Source: an uncultured Gammaproteobacteria bacterium (GTDB lineage: Bacteria > Patescibacteriota > Microgenomatia > Levybacterales > UBA12049). Taken from it: a DNA stretch of 64,000 bases. The position numbers and the translations under genes were made by a program. Positions 51,219-60,732 of the stretch are shown here, piece by piece (position 1 is the stretch's first letter; each line of letters begins with the position of its first letter). The notes beneath the pieces are model-generated. The model saw only the letters and a list, made by a program, of their open reading frames with translations, was not told the DNA's origin and ran no database searches. The stretch is from contig CAZKJM010000001.1 of assembly GCA_964553245.1 (NCBI GenBank), positions 209,806 through 273,805 on the forward strand, read 5' to 3'.

Positions 51219-51770
51219 TTATTTTCCTCCAACTGCCTTTGCTGCTTTTCCGGCTTTTCTTCTAATTTTTTCTCCCTGATATTTTATCCCTTTTCCCTTG
51301 TACGGCTCCGGCGGTCTAATGGATCTTATCTTAGACGCCATATCCCCAACTAAAACTTTATTAATACCAGAAACCGTTATTACATTATCCGAAACACTAA
51401 AAATAATTTCCTCCGGTCCTTTTATAACAACTGGATGAGAAAATCCCAAAGACAATGTTAAAGAATTTCCTGATGCTTGAGCTCTGTATCCAACTCCCGA
51501 TAGTTCCAGTTTTTTTTCAAACCCTACCGTTACTCCTTTTATCATATTTGCAATATTTGCCCTTACTAAACCTGATAAAGCTCTTTCTTTTCTGTCTTTT
51601 TCGTTTTTCTGTGAAATTAAAACTTTATTTTCTTCCATCTTAACAAGAATACCTTCCGGGATAGAATATGACATATTTCCTTTTGGTCCGTTTATTTCTA
51701 CGTCTTTACTATTTACAACAACTGTTGCGCCCTCTTTTATTTCAACCGGAATTTTAGCTATTTTTGACAT
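51219..51770 (-). CDS. rplF: 50S ribosomal protein L6
   Basis: [19 protein letters not shown]. Confidence 0.98.
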   Translation of the reverse strand: MSKIAKIPVEIKEGATVVVNSKDVEINGPKGNMSYSIPEGILVKMEENKVLISQKNEKDRKERALSGLVRANIANMIKGVTVGFEKKLELSGVGYRAQASGNSLTLSLGFSHPVVIKGPEEIIFSVSDNVITVSGINKVLVGDMASKIRSIRPPEPYKGKGIKYQGEKIRRKAGKAAKAVGGK

Positions 51771-51782
51771 ATTTTATACTTT

Positions 51783-52175
51783 TTACCAAATGGCAAATAG
51801 TATTTCCCCTCCAATCTTTTTTTTAATTGCATCTTTACCAGTTGTTACCCCTTGGCTTGTTGAAACAACTACTGTTCTTTTTCCTCTTTTTTCTATTTCT
51901 AGAATTTCTTTAGCTGATCCATAAACTCTTAAAGATGGTTTCGATATTACTTCCACGTCAATTAAAACAGGTAATCTTTTTTCGTATTTCACAATCGCCT
52001 TTAATTCTTTTTTCCCTTCTGCTTCTGTTTCTTTTATACTTTCCAAATATCCTTGCTTTACCAAGACTTTTCCAATTTCCTTGTTGATTTTTGAATAGGG
52101 AAGTATAACCTCTTTTCTCCTTGCTAAGGTTGCATTTTTAATTCTAATAATAAAATCTGATACTTTATGATTCAT
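51783..52175 (-). CDS. rpsH: 30S ribosomal protein S8
   Basis: RIKNA, ISKPSLRVY, STSQG, GGE. Confidence 0.96.
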   Translation of the reverse strand: MNHKVSDFIIRIKNATLARRKEVILPYSKINKEIGKVLVKQGYLESIKETEAEGKKELKAIVKYEKRLPVLIDVEVISKPSLRVYGSAKEILEIEKRGKRTVVVSTSQGVTTGKDAIKKKIGGEILFAIW

Positions 52176-52179
52176 ACTT

Positions 52180-52365
52180 TTACCAACTTGCCTTTACTAC
52201 TCCAGGCAATTGACCCTTGGATGCTAATTCCCTAAAGCAAATTCTACAAATTCCAAATTTTCTCATATATGCTCTTGATCTACCACAAATATTACACCTG
52301 TTTTTTTGTCTTACAGTATATTTTTGTTTTTTATTAAATTTTACTACGTCAGATGTTTTAGCCAT
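52180..52365 (-). CDS. rpsN: 30S ribosomal protein S14 (Zn-binding form)
   Basis: RCNICGR, CRICFRE, KASW. Confidence 0.97.
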   Translation of the reverse strand: MAKTSDVVKFNKKQKYTVRQKNRCNICGRSRAYMRKFGICRICFRELASKGQLPGVVKASW

Positions 52366-52907
52366 TATTTCTTTCTAAAAGGCATTCCTAACAATGCCAA
52401 TAGTTCTTCTCCTTCTGAATTATTTTTTGCTGTCGTAACAATAGTTATTTCCAGACCCTGAACTTTTTCTATTTTTGCCGGGTCGATTTCCGGAAAAACA
52501 GTGCTCTCAGAAAAACCTAAATTGTAATTTCCGTGTCCGTCAAAATTATCTTTTTTTAATCCGTGAAAATCTCTAATTCTTGGTAAAACAATTTTAATTA
52601 ATTTTTCGTAAAAATCATACATTCTTTTTCCTCTTAATGTCACCATTGCACCTATTTCTTCTCCCTCTCTTAGTTTAAAAGAGGAAATTGATTTCTTTGC
52701 CTTATTTATTCTCGGTTTTTGCCCTGCGATTTGGGTTAAAACCACTATTGCCCGTTCTGTGTTTTTTTTATCTAAAACCGCATCTCTTATTCCCATATTT
52801 AAAACAATTTTTGCTAACTTTGGTACTGCATTAACATTTTTAATACCAAGTTTTTGTTTTAATTCTTTTATAATCTCTTTTTTAAATTTTTCTTCTAAAT
52901 TACTCAT
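52365..52907 (-). CDS. rplE: 50S ribosomal protein L5
   Basis: KIVLNMG, GQKP, VTLRG, PRIRDF, FPEI; start revised. Confidence 0.97.
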   Translation of the reverse strand: MSNLEEKFKKEIIKELKQKLGIKNVNAVPKLAKIVLNMGIRDAVLDKKNTERAIVVLTQIAGQKPRINKAKKSISSFKLREGEEIGAMVTLRGKRMYDFYEKLIKIVLPRIRDFHGLKKDNFDGHGNYNLGFSESTVFPEIDPAKIEKVQGLEITIVTTAKNNSEGEELLALLGMPFRKK

Positions 52908-53227
52908 ATTTCTGCATTGCATTTTTTGCAAACTCTTGTCTTACTGTTTTTTTCGATTTTAAAACCAACTCTTGTTGTCTTTTTGCATTTTGGACAAACT
53001 ATTATAACATTTGTTATCGGCAAGGGTTTGGTTATTGTTATTATTTCCGATGGCTGACTTTGCGACCTTGCCTTTAAATGCCTTTTGTAAAGATTGACAC
53101 CGGAGACAAGAACTTTATTTTTCCTAGAAAACACTTTTTCTACTTTTCCTTTTTTACCATTATCTTTTCCAGAAACAACCATTACCTCGTCACCTTTTTT
53201 TATCTTTTTAATTTTTAAGTTATTCAT
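52904..53227 (-). CDS. rplX: 50S ribosomal protein L24
   Basis: KKGDEV.V.SGKD.GK.G (KOW); CPKC/CKKC. Confidence 0.96.
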   Translation of the reverse strand: MNNLKIKKIKKGDEVMVVSGKDNGKKGKVEKVFSRKNKVLVSGVNLYKRHLKARSQSQPSEIITITKPLPITNVIIVCPKCKKTTRVGFKIEKNSKTRVCKKCNAEI

Positions 53228-53228
53228 A

Positions 53229-53603
53229 TTAAACTACCTCAATTGCCATACTGGCTATTTTTATAAAACCCTTATCTCTTATTTCTCTTGCCACAGGACC
53301 AAAAATTCTTGTTCCTTTAGGATTTTTATCTTTTACATTATCTATTAATACTCCTGCATTATCCGAAAACTTTATATACGAACCGTCTTTTCTTTTGTGT
53401 TCTTTTCTTGCTCTTACTAAAACAACTTTTACCATTTCGCTCTCTTTTACCTGACCATTTGGAGTTGCTGATTTTACAACACAATTTAAAAGATCACCAA
53501 GGTGTCCAAATTTCCTTTTTGAACCACCGTATATATGAATAACCATTAATGATTTTGCGCCTGAATTATCTGCAACGTTTAAAATAGATCTGTGTTGAAT
53601 CAT
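53229..53603 (-). CDS. rplN: 50S ribosomal protein L14
   Basis: [19 protein letters not shown]. Confidence 0.98.
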   Translation of the reverse strand: MIQHRSILNVADNSGAKSLMVIHIYGGSKRKFGHLGDLLNCVVKSATPNGQVKESEMVKVVLVRARKEHKRKDGSYIKFSDNAGVLIDNVKDKNPKGTRIFGPVAREIRDKGFIKIASMAIEVV

Positions 53604-53833
53604 TTAATAACCTCCATAACTTTAAAATGCTTTGTTTTAGAAATCGGTTTTACTTCTACTATCTTTACCTTATCTCCAAGTTTTAACCCCAGACCATTAA
53701 TATCCGCTTTTAATTTTTTACTTCGCTTAAGTAATTTTTTATAAAGCTTGTGCGGAACGCGTCTCACAATTTCTACAACTACTGTATTATTCATTTTTAA
53801 AGAGACTACTGTTCCTTCAAATGTTTTTTGCAT
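53600..53833 (-). CDS. rpsQ: 30S ribosomal protein S17
   Basis: G.VVS.KM..TVVV, H.LY.K, PISKTK. Confidence 0.96.
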   Translation of the reverse strand: MQKTFEGTVVSLKMNNTVVVEIVRRVPHKLYKKLLKRSKKLKADINGLGLKLGDKVKIVEVKPISKTKHFKVMEVIK

Positions 53834-54032
53834 CTTTAGCTCTCCTTTCTTGCATTGCTGTTAAAATCTTTGCAACTTCCTTTCTTTTTAAAAATATTGA
53901 TCTTAAATTTTTAAGCTTATTCTGAGCTTTTTCAAGCTTTAAATTAAACAAAGCTTCTTTTGCTTCATTCAACAAAGCTTCTAGCTCTTTTTCTGTTTTT
54001 TTTACTAATTCTTTTTTATCTTTTGTTTTCAT
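53817..54032 (-). CDS. rpmC: 50S ribosomal protein L29
   Basis: LFNLK, RKEVAKILT; position in operon. Confidence 0.93.
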   Translation of the reverse strand: MKTKDKKELVKKTEKELEALLNEAKEALFNLKLEKAQNKLKNLRSIFLKRKEVAKILTAMQERRAKDAKNI

Positions 54033-54033
54033 A

Positions 54034-54447
54034 CTATTTTATTTCTTTTTCCACTATTCTTGTTTTTATTGGCAGTTTATGAGATGCGAGCCTTAACGCC
54101 TGAAAAGCAACATCTTTTGTTACTCCTCCCATTTCAAAAAGCATTCTTCCTGTCCTTACCGGCGCTACAAATTCATTAACATCACCTTTTCCACTTCCCA
54201 TTCTGGTCTCTGCAGGTTTTTTTGTAACCGGCTTGTCTGGAAAAATTCTAATCCAAATTCTCCCTCCCCTTTGGGTATAATGAGTTATGGCTCTTCTTGC
54301 AGATTCTATTTGGCGCGCAGATATCCACCCTGAACCTTCCGCAATTATACCGTATTCACCAAAAGAAAGCCTAGTGCCTCTAAAAGCTATCCCTTTTAAT
54401 CTTCCTCTTTGCTGTTTTCTGTATTTTGCTCTTCTTGGTACTAACAT
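54034..54447 (-). CDS. rplP: 50S ribosomal protein L16
   Basis: RQIESAR, WIRIFPD, RMGSGKG. Confidence 0.98.
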   Translation of the reverse strand: MLVPRRAKYRKQQRGRLKGIAFRGTRLSFGEYGIIAEGSGWISARQIESARRAITHYTQRGGRIWIRIFPDKPVTKKPAETRMGSGKGDVNEFVAPVRTGRMLFEMGGVTKDVAFQALRLASHKLPIKTRIVEKEIK

Positions 54448-54449
54448 AA

Positions 54450-55100
54450 TTATTTTTTAGGTTTGTTTATCCAAACTTTAATTCCAATATAACCTTTTTT
54501 TGTTAATGAAGGAACAGATGCAAAGTCTATATTTTCCCTAATTGTAGACAACGGTACTGTTCCTTTCTGTAATTTTTCCCTTCTTCCTATTTCTGCACCT
54601 GCAATTCTTCCCGAAAGAAGAATTCTTACTCCTTTTGCGCCTGCTCCCATTACTCTTTCTACCGACTGAACCATTACTCTTCTATGGGGAAGTCTTCTGG
54701 CAAGTTGATCAGATATGTTTTTTGCAACTAAATATGCATCTAAATTTGGTTCTTTAATCGGCTCTACGTCAATTCTTATATCAAGTTTCTGTGTTTTTTT
54801 TACTTTTTTTCCGGCTATAAGCATTTTATGAAGAAATGTTTTAATTTCCTCTAACCCAGATCCCGATCTCCCAATAACCATACCTGGTTTCGAAACATAT
54901 ATTATTAGCCTAATACTGTTTATTGAGCGTTCAATTTCTATATCGGAAACACCTGCATTTTTTAATTTTTCTAATAATGCTTTTCTAATATTAAAGTCCT
55001 CAAGCAAGGTTTCTTTATAGTTTTTATCACTATACCATCTACTACTCCAAGTCAAAACCGGTCCGATTCTTAATAACTTTGGATTAATTTTTTGTCCCAT
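54450..55100 (-). CDS. rpsC: 30S ribosomal protein S3
   Basis: [27 protein letters not shown]; start revised. Confidence 0.97.
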   Translation of the reverse strand: MGQKINPKLLRIGPVLTWSSRWYSDKNYKETLLEDFNIRKALLEKLKNAGVSDIEIERSINSIRLIIYVSKPGMVIGRSGSGLEEIKTFLHKMLIAGKKVKKTQKLDIRIDVEPIKEPNLDAYLVAKNISDQLARRLPHRRVMVQSVERVMGAGAKGVRILLSGRIAGAEIGRREKLQKGTVPLSTIRENIDFASVPSLTKKGYIGIKVWINKPKK

Positions 55101-55104
55101 ATTT

Positions 55105-55467
55105 TTATTTAGCCTCCTTAACTTTAGCAATAGAAAGTTTATCCTCCAATACTACTTTAATATTGCTTGTTCTTTTTTTATAGGGATGAACCCTTCCTCT
55201 TGTTGAAGGCCTAAATCTTTTATAGGCAGGACCCTCCGAAATCTCAATCCCTTTTATTACTAGTTTTTCCTCGTCTAATTTTGCGTTGTTTTTAGCGTTT
55301 GCTAAAGCGCTTTTTAAAGTTTTACTTAAAACAACCGCTCCTCTTTTTTTAATAACAGAAAGAGCATTTAAAGCATCTTTTAAAGACAGCTTCCTAACCG
55401 CATCCGCAACTAATCTTACTTTCCTTGGGCTTACTTTTACTGATTTACTAAATGCTATTACTTCCAT
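55105..55467 (-). CDS. rplV: 50S ribosomal protein L22
   Basis: SPRKVRLV, SALANA, EGP, KRTS. Confidence 0.97.
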   Translation of the reverse strand: MEVIAFSKSVKVSPRKVRLVADAVRKLSLKDALNALSVIKKRGAVVLSKTLKSALANAKNNAKLDEEKLVIKGIEISEGPAYKRFRPSTRGRVHPYKKRTSNIKVVLEDKLSIAKVKEAK

Positions 55468-55471
55468 ATTT

Positions 55472-55756
55472 TTATGTCTTAGAAATTTCTCTTGCTACTA
55501 TTCTTCCATGACTTCTAAACGTTCTAGTTGGAGAAAATTCTCCAAGTCTATAACCAACCATACCTTCTTGTATAAAAACATTAATAAAAACTCTTCCGTT
55601 ATGAACAGCAAGTGTATGACCAACAAATTCAGGCGGTATTTGACTTGCCCTTGCCCATGTTTTTATAGGAGACTTATCTCCAGATTGCTTTTGTTTTAAA
55701 ACTTTTTTTAAAAGTTTTTGATCTATGTATGGTCCTTTTTTTGAACTTCTTGACAT
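55472..55756 (-). CDS. rpsS: 30S ribosomal protein S19
   Basis: [24 protein letters not shown]. Confidence 0.98.
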   Translation of the reverse strand: MSRSSKKGPYIDQKLLKKVLKQKQSGDKSPIKTWARASQIPPEFVGHTLAVHNGRVFINVFIQEGMVGYRLGEFSPTRTFRSHGRIVAREISKT

Positions 55757-55759
55757 ATT

Positions 55760-56500
55760 TTATTTCTTTCTCCTTTGTAAAATATACTTATTCGAATATT
55801 TCTTTGGTCTTCTTGTTTTTCCAACAGCTTTTCTTCCAGCATAGGTTTTCGGCGATTTTAAACCTATTCCACTTCTTCCTTCTCCTCCTCCGTGTGGATG
55901 AGATCTTGGATTTTGAGCAATACCTCTAACAGTTGGTCTTATTCCCATATGAATTTTTCTTCCTGCTTTTCCTATTACTCTGTTTTTCCAATCAACGTTT
56001 CCTAAGTTTCCAACTGTTGCAAAACAGTTTTTTCTTATTTTTCTAACTTCTCCCGAAGGAAGTTTAATGTGAACATATTCTCCTTCTTTTGCCTGAATTG
56101 TTCCTCCCGTTCCACTTCCCCTGGCAATTTGCCCTCCCTTTCCTGGCGTGAGCTCAATATTATGAACTACTGTTCCTACCGGCAAAGAAAAAAGCGGACC
56201 CGAATTTCCAACTTTTGGATCTACATCTTCTCCTGAAATAACTTTACCCTTAAGCTTTAATCCTTCTGGGCAAAGAATATATCTCTTTTCGCCGTCTGCA
56301 TATTGTATCAAAGCTATGTCACAAGATCTATTAGGATCATATTCTATAGCAATAACTTTTCCGACAACATTTCTTTTATCTCTTTTAAAATCAATAACTC
56401 TAATATAGCGCTTATGCTCTTTCCCTTGATGCCTAACAACAACCTTTCCAGATGAATTCCTGCCTGATCTTTTCTTTTTAATAAATTTTAACTTAGCCAT
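55760..56500 (-). CDS. rplB: 50S ribosomal protein L2
   Basis: EYDPNRS, RPTVRG, HPHGGGEG; start revised to MAKLKF. Confidence 0.98.
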   Translation of the reverse strand: MAKLKFIKKKRSGRNSSGKVVVRHQGKEHKRYIRVIDFKRDKRNVVGKVIAIEYDPNRSCDIALIQYADGEKRYILCPEGLKLKGKVISGEDVDPKVGNSGPLFSLPVGTVVHNIELTPGKGGQIARGSGTGGTIQAKEGEYVHIKLPSGEVRKIRKNCFATVGNLGNVDWKNRVIGKAGRKIHMGIRPTVRGIAQNPRSHPHGGGEGRSGIGLKSPKTYAGRKAVGKTRRPKKYSNKYILQRRKK

Positions 56501-56501
56501 A

Positions 56502-56795
56502 TTATTGCCCTGCTTCAAACAAATCAATTTTTTGTCCCTTTTTTAACTCAACTGTTGCCTTTTTCCAGTTTGCCATTTTTACTTCTGTTCTTCTTTTTCC
56601 GAATCTTTTTGATTTTCCTTTTACATTGGAAATCATTATTCTTATTACATTAACTTTGAATTTCTTTTCTACTGTTTTTTTTATCTGGTTTTTACTCGCA
56701 TTTTTATTTACTTTAAAAGTAAATTTACTTTTAGCAACGTTATCCATTGATTTTTCTGTAATCATCGGCGAGATTATTGTATTTGTATAATCCAT
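56502..56795 (-). CDS. rplW: 50S ribosomal protein L23
   Basis: PMITEKS, K.QIK, WKKA.V. Confidence 0.96.
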   Translation of the reverse strand: MDYTNTIISPMITEKSMDNVAKSKFTFKVNKNASKNQIKKTVEKKFKVNVIRIMISNVKGKSKRFGKRRTEVKMANWKKATVELKKGQKIDLFEAGQ

Positions 56796-56796
56796 A

Positions 56797-57594
56797 TTAT
56801 TTTCCTTCTTTCTTTAAAAATGTTTTTTCTAAAGTCTCTATTGCGTTTTTTTCGAAAAGTAATATCTTGTTGTTTAAAGTATCGTATGTATTTAACATAT
56901 TAGCGCTTAAAATATTTACGCCTTTTATATTTCTTGCTGCTTTATAAACATTTTCAAATTTATTTTTAAATTCCGGAATTATTAATAAGATCTTTTTATT
57001 TTTGTTTTCCAGATCTAAATTCTTTATTATTTTTGTCATTTCTTTCGTTTTTGGCTCAACCTTTGACAAGCCTTCTATAAATTTTATTTCCGCATCTTTT
57101 AACTTCATCGTTAATGCGGAAAACAAAGCTGCTTTTTTCATTTTTTTAGTTATTTTTAAAGAAAAATCTCTTGGTTTTGGACCAAAAGCAACTCCTCCAC
57201 CAACCCATATTGGAGCTGATTTCGCTCCATGCCTTGCTCTTCCGGTTCCTTTTTGCTTCCATGCTTTTTTAGTTGTTAAATCCACTTCTCCCCTGGTTTT
57301 TGTTGACGCAGTTCCTTTTCTTTTATTGGCTAAATAAACCCTTACTGCCTGCGCCATTAATCTATCGTTGACTTTTGCCCCAAAGATTTCTTTTGGCAAA
57401 TTTACTTTATTTAAAACTTTTCCAGAAATTCCATAGCAATCAACATTTAAACCGCCCACTGTTTTTACATGTGCTTTTACAACCGGTTTTACTTTTTTTA
57501 TTTCCTTTTTAACTACCTTATTTTTATTTACAGTAGCTTTTACTTTTAACTTTTGTTCGCCAACTGGCGAATTAACTTTTGTATTAACTGGCAT
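56797..57594 (-). CDS. rplD: 50S ribosomal protein L4 with N-terminal extension
   Basis: TKTRGEV, QKGTGRARHG, GGGVAFGPKPR. Confidence 0.97.
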   Translation of the reverse strand: MPVNTKVNSPVGEQKLKVKATVNKNKVVKKEIKKVKPVVKAHVKTVGGLNVDCYGISGKVLNKVNLPKEIFGAKVNDRLMAQAVRVYLANKRKGTASTKTRGEVDLTTKKAWKQKGTGRARHGAKSAPIWVGGGVAFGPKPRDFSLKITKKMKKAALFSALTMKLKDAEIKFIEGLSKVEPKTKEMTKIIKNLDLENKNKKILLIIPEFKNKFENVYKAARNIKGVNILSANMLNTYDTLNNKILLFEKNAIETLEKTFLKKEGK

Positions 57595-58468
57595 CTTCTT
57601 GCTTGTCCGCCATAGCTTTAGCGTCGGCGGATACCTCCTCTTTTGTTTCTTCTTTTTCGCTTAATACACTTTTTTCTGCCTCGCTCGAAACCTCTATCTT
57701 TTCCTCTTTCTTATTTTCTTCTTGAACTAATTCTTCCTTAATTTCTTCCTGTCCTTTTTCATCTTTACCTTCTATCTCTTGTTCCTGAACCTCTTCTGTT
57801 TTTATCTCTTCTTTTACTTCTTTATACAAAGGGACAAATTTTTTATTTACTCCTTTTTTTTCTATTTTTACAATGCTATTTATGTGCCCTGGAATTAAAC
57901 CATTAATTAAAACTAATCCATCATCTGTTATTTCTATAATTTCTAAATTCTTAACCGTAACGTTCTCATGACCCATTCTTCCTGCCATTCTTTTTCCTTT
58001 GTAAACTCTTCCAGGGGTTGTTGTTTGACCGATTGATCCGGGCGCTCTTTCTCTATCTGATTGACCGTGCGTTCTTGGTCCTCCTTTAAAATGATGTCTT
58101 TTTACTCCTCCTGCAAAACCTTTTCCTTTGGAAACTCCGGAAACGTCAATTATATCTCCTGCTTCAAAAACATCTTTTGCCAAAACTTCTTTTCCCAATA
58201 TTCCTTCTGAAATATCGCTTACTTTAATCTCACGTAAAAAACGGGGAGCTTTTTCTATCCCCGCTTTTTTTGCATGTTCTTTTTGTGACTTGGATGGTTT
58301 TTTTCTGCTATCAAATCCAAGCTGCAAAGCATTATAACCTTCTTTTTCTGTTGTTTTAACTTGAACTACAATATTTCCTTTTGTTGCAACAGCAGTTAAA
58401 GGAACTCTTGTTCCGTCTTTTAAAAAACCGCTTGACTGATATAATTTTTTTCCAATAATTCCCTGCAT
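57584..58468 (-). CDS. rplC: 50S ribosomal protein L3 with acidic C-terminal extension
   Basis: GYNALQLG, SKGKGFAG, APGSIG, GKRMAG. Confidence 0.98.
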   Translation of the reverse strand: MQGIIGKKLYQSSGFLKDGTRVPLTAVATKGNIVVQVKTTEKEGYNALQLGFDSRKKPSKSQKEHAKKAGIEKAPRFLREIKVSDISEGILGKEVLAKDVFEAGDIIDVSGVSKGKGFAGGVKRHHFKGGPRTHGQSDRERAPGSIGQTTTPGRVYKGKRMAGRMGHENVTVKNLEIIEITDDGLVLINGLIPGHINSIVKIEKKGVNKKFVPLYKEVKEEIKTEEVQEQEIEGKDEKGQEEIKEELVQEENKKEEKIEVSSEAEKSVLSEKEETKEEVSADAKAMADKQEDAS

Positions 58469-58487
58469 ATTTATAACCTCTTAAAAC

Positions 58488-58628
58488 AACAAAAAAGCGA
58501 CTACATTCAAGTCGCTTCCAACAAAGTTTTTTTCTTAGCGCTCGATTATGTAGCCAAAATCACCTCCATGTGCATTTTTTAGCTTCTTTGATAGTCCTAA
58601 TTATATAATGTAACGAGCCTGAATGCAA
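58488..58628 (-). promoter_or_regulatory. rplC leader: promoter, SD-led mini-ORF and terminator
   Basis: TTGCAT-17-TATAAT; GGAGGTGATT-TTG GCT ACA TAA; AAGCGACT-TGAATGT-AGTCGCTT-TTTT. Confidence 0.75.
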
Positions 58629-58703
58629 TAGGAATAAGAAAGAGTTTTGTGATTAGAAAACTTAGGAAAAAATTATTAACCCTTGATCATTAATAATTAG
58701 AAG

Positions 58704-59012
58704 CTACATCTTTATTTCGATGTTAATACCTGCGGGGAGTTCCAGATGAGTTAAGCTATCTATTGTTTTATCTGTTGGAGACATAATGTCAATTAATCTT
58801 TTGTGAACTTTCATTTCAAAATGATCTCTTGCATTTTTATCTATGAACGGAGATTGATTTACTGCGTACACTGTTCTTTTTGTAGGTAGGGGAATCGGAC
58901 CAACAACTTTAGCTCCGGTCCTTATGGCCGTATCTAATATCTGTTGGCAACAAAGGTCAATTACCCTTGCGTCATAACTTTTTAAACGTACTCTAATTCT
59001 TCCTTTTGGCAT
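58704..59012 (-). CDS. rpsJ: 30S ribosomal protein S10
   Basis: IRVRLKSYD, GPIPLPT, HKRLIDI; own TTGCGT-17-TATAAT promoter. Confidence 0.98.
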   Translation of the reverse strand: MPKGRIRVRLKSYDARVIDLCCQQILDTAIRTGAKVVGPIPLPTKRTVYAVNQSPFIDKNARDHFEMKVHKRLIDIMSPTDKTIDSLTHLELPAGINIEIKM

Positions 59013-59072
59013 TTTATTACAATAATAAATTCAAATTATACAATATTGAGACTTTTTACGCAAACAAGAGGT

Positions 59073-60254
59073 TTAAGCAATTATTTTACTGATTACTCCT
59101 GCTCCAACGGTTTTTCCGCCCTCTCTGACTGCAAACCTGAGTCCTTCCTCAAGAGCGATTGGGGCAATTAACTTTGCAGTAACTTTTGTGCTGTCACCAG
59201 GCATTACCATTTCTACTCCTTGTGGAAGCGTTACCTCTCCTGTTACATCTGTTGTTTGGATGTAAAACTGTGGCCTGTAACCTGTAAAGAATGGTGTATG
59301 TCGTCCGCCCTCTTCTTTGCTTAAAATGTATATTTCTGCTTCAAATTCTTTATGAGGTGTTATGCTACCCGGTTTTGCAATAACTTGTCCTCTTTCTATA
59401 TCTGCTTTTTCTACTCCTCTTAATAATAATCCAACATTATCTCCTGCTTGACCTTCATCAAGAGATTTCCTAAACATTTCCACTCCTGTTACTACTGTTG
59501 ATTTCGTTGCTTTTAATCCTACTATTTCCACTGTTTCATTTACTTTAACTTTTCCTCTCGAAACTCTTCCTGTTGCAACTGTTCCTCTTCCTTTTATTGA
59601 AAATACGTCTTCTACCGGCATTAAGAATGGTTTTTCCGTGTCTCTTGTTGGAGTTGGAATATAACTATCAACCGCATCCATTAATGCCAATATTTGTTTT
59701 TCCTGTTCCGGATCTCCTTCTATTGCTTTAAGAGCTGATCCCTTAATAATTGGTATTTCATTACCCGGATACTTGTATTTTGTTAATAGTTCTCTTACTT
59801 CCATTTCTACCAAATCCAAAAGCTCTGGATCGGATACCATGTCTGTTTTGTTTAAGAAAACAACCATTGCAGGAACTCCTACCTGACTTGCTAATAAAAT
59901 ATGTTCTCTTGTTTGTGGCATTGGACCATCTGCTGCAGAAACTACCAATATTGATCCGTCCATTTGAGCCGCACCTGTAATCATATTTTTTATATAATCT
60001 GCGTGACCCGGAGCATCAATATGAGCATAATGTCTTTTATCTGTTTCGTATTCTATGTGAGCAATATTAATGGTTACCCCTCTTGCTTTTTCTTCTGGAG
60101 CATTATCAATATCTTCGTATTTTTGGGCTTTTGCCTTTCCGGACTTTGCCAACACTGTTGTAATAGCTGATGTTAACGTTGTTTTACCATGGTCTACGTG
60201 ACCAATGGTTCCAATATTAACGTGTGGTTTTGTTCTTTCAAATTTATCTGCCAT
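59073..60254 (-). CDS. tuf: Elongation factor Tu
   Basis: [28 protein letters not shown]. Confidence 0.99.
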   Translation of the reverse strand: MADKFERTKPHVNIGTIGHVDHGKTTLTSAITTVLAKSGKAKAQKYEDIDNAPEEKARGVTINIAHIEYETDKRHYAHIDAPGHADYIKNMITGAAQMDGSILVVSAADGPMPQTREHILLASQVGVPAMVVFLNKTDMVSDPELLDLVEMEVRELLTKYKYPGNEIPIIKGSALKAIEGDPEQEKQILALMDAVDSYIPTPTRDTEKPFLMPVEDVFSIKGRGTVATGRVSRGKVKVNETVEIVGLKATKSTVVTGVEMFRKSLDEGQAGDNVGLLLRGVEKADIERGQVIAKPGSITPHKEFEAEIYILSKEEGGRHTPFFTGYRPQFYIQTTDVTGEVTLPQGVEMVMPGDSTKVTAKLIAPIALEEGLRFAVREGGKTVGAGVISKIIA

Positions 60255-60336
60255 ATATCAATTTATTCAAAAAAAATAACCCGTTTAAGGTTAAATACAA
60301 TATACAATACTTTTAAAGAATCGTCAATACCCTTTT

Positions 60337-60717
60337 TTAAGTTCTTTGTTTTTTTCTGAAATCGTCTAATCTAAGCACATTTCTTTTTAATACATCCGGA
60401 TTTTGTGCAATTAACTTTGCTTGCGTATTCCAAACACCTTCTTCGTTTGGATCAATTCCTAAATCAAAAACGCTCATTGATGTTTTAATTTCTTCCCCGT
60501 TTACCACTGCTTCTATGTCTATAAACCAACCATACTCACCCTGCTTTTTATAAGGAGCTTTTGTAAGCCTAAAAGGATTACGACTAAATTCACCGACTTT
60601 AAACAAATAATTTTCTCCTTCAACCAATTGAGTTTTATCTATTACTTGATTTTCTATCGGTTTTGGTTTTTGAAAAGAAAAAATATCCATTCCCTCTTTT
60701 CCTGTTTTTTCTTCCAT
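60337..60717 (-). CDS. Hypothetical protein
   Basis: 126-aa ORF, no recognised motif. Confidence 0.65.
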   Translation of the reverse strand: MEEKTGKEGMDIFSFQKPKPIENQVIDKTQLVEGENYLFKVGEFSRNPFRLTKAPYKKQGEYGWFIDIEAVVNGEEIKTSMSVFDLGIDPNEEGVWNTQAKLIAQNPDVLKRNVLRLDDFRKKQRT

Positions 60718-60732
60718 CTTTTAAGTTATGCT

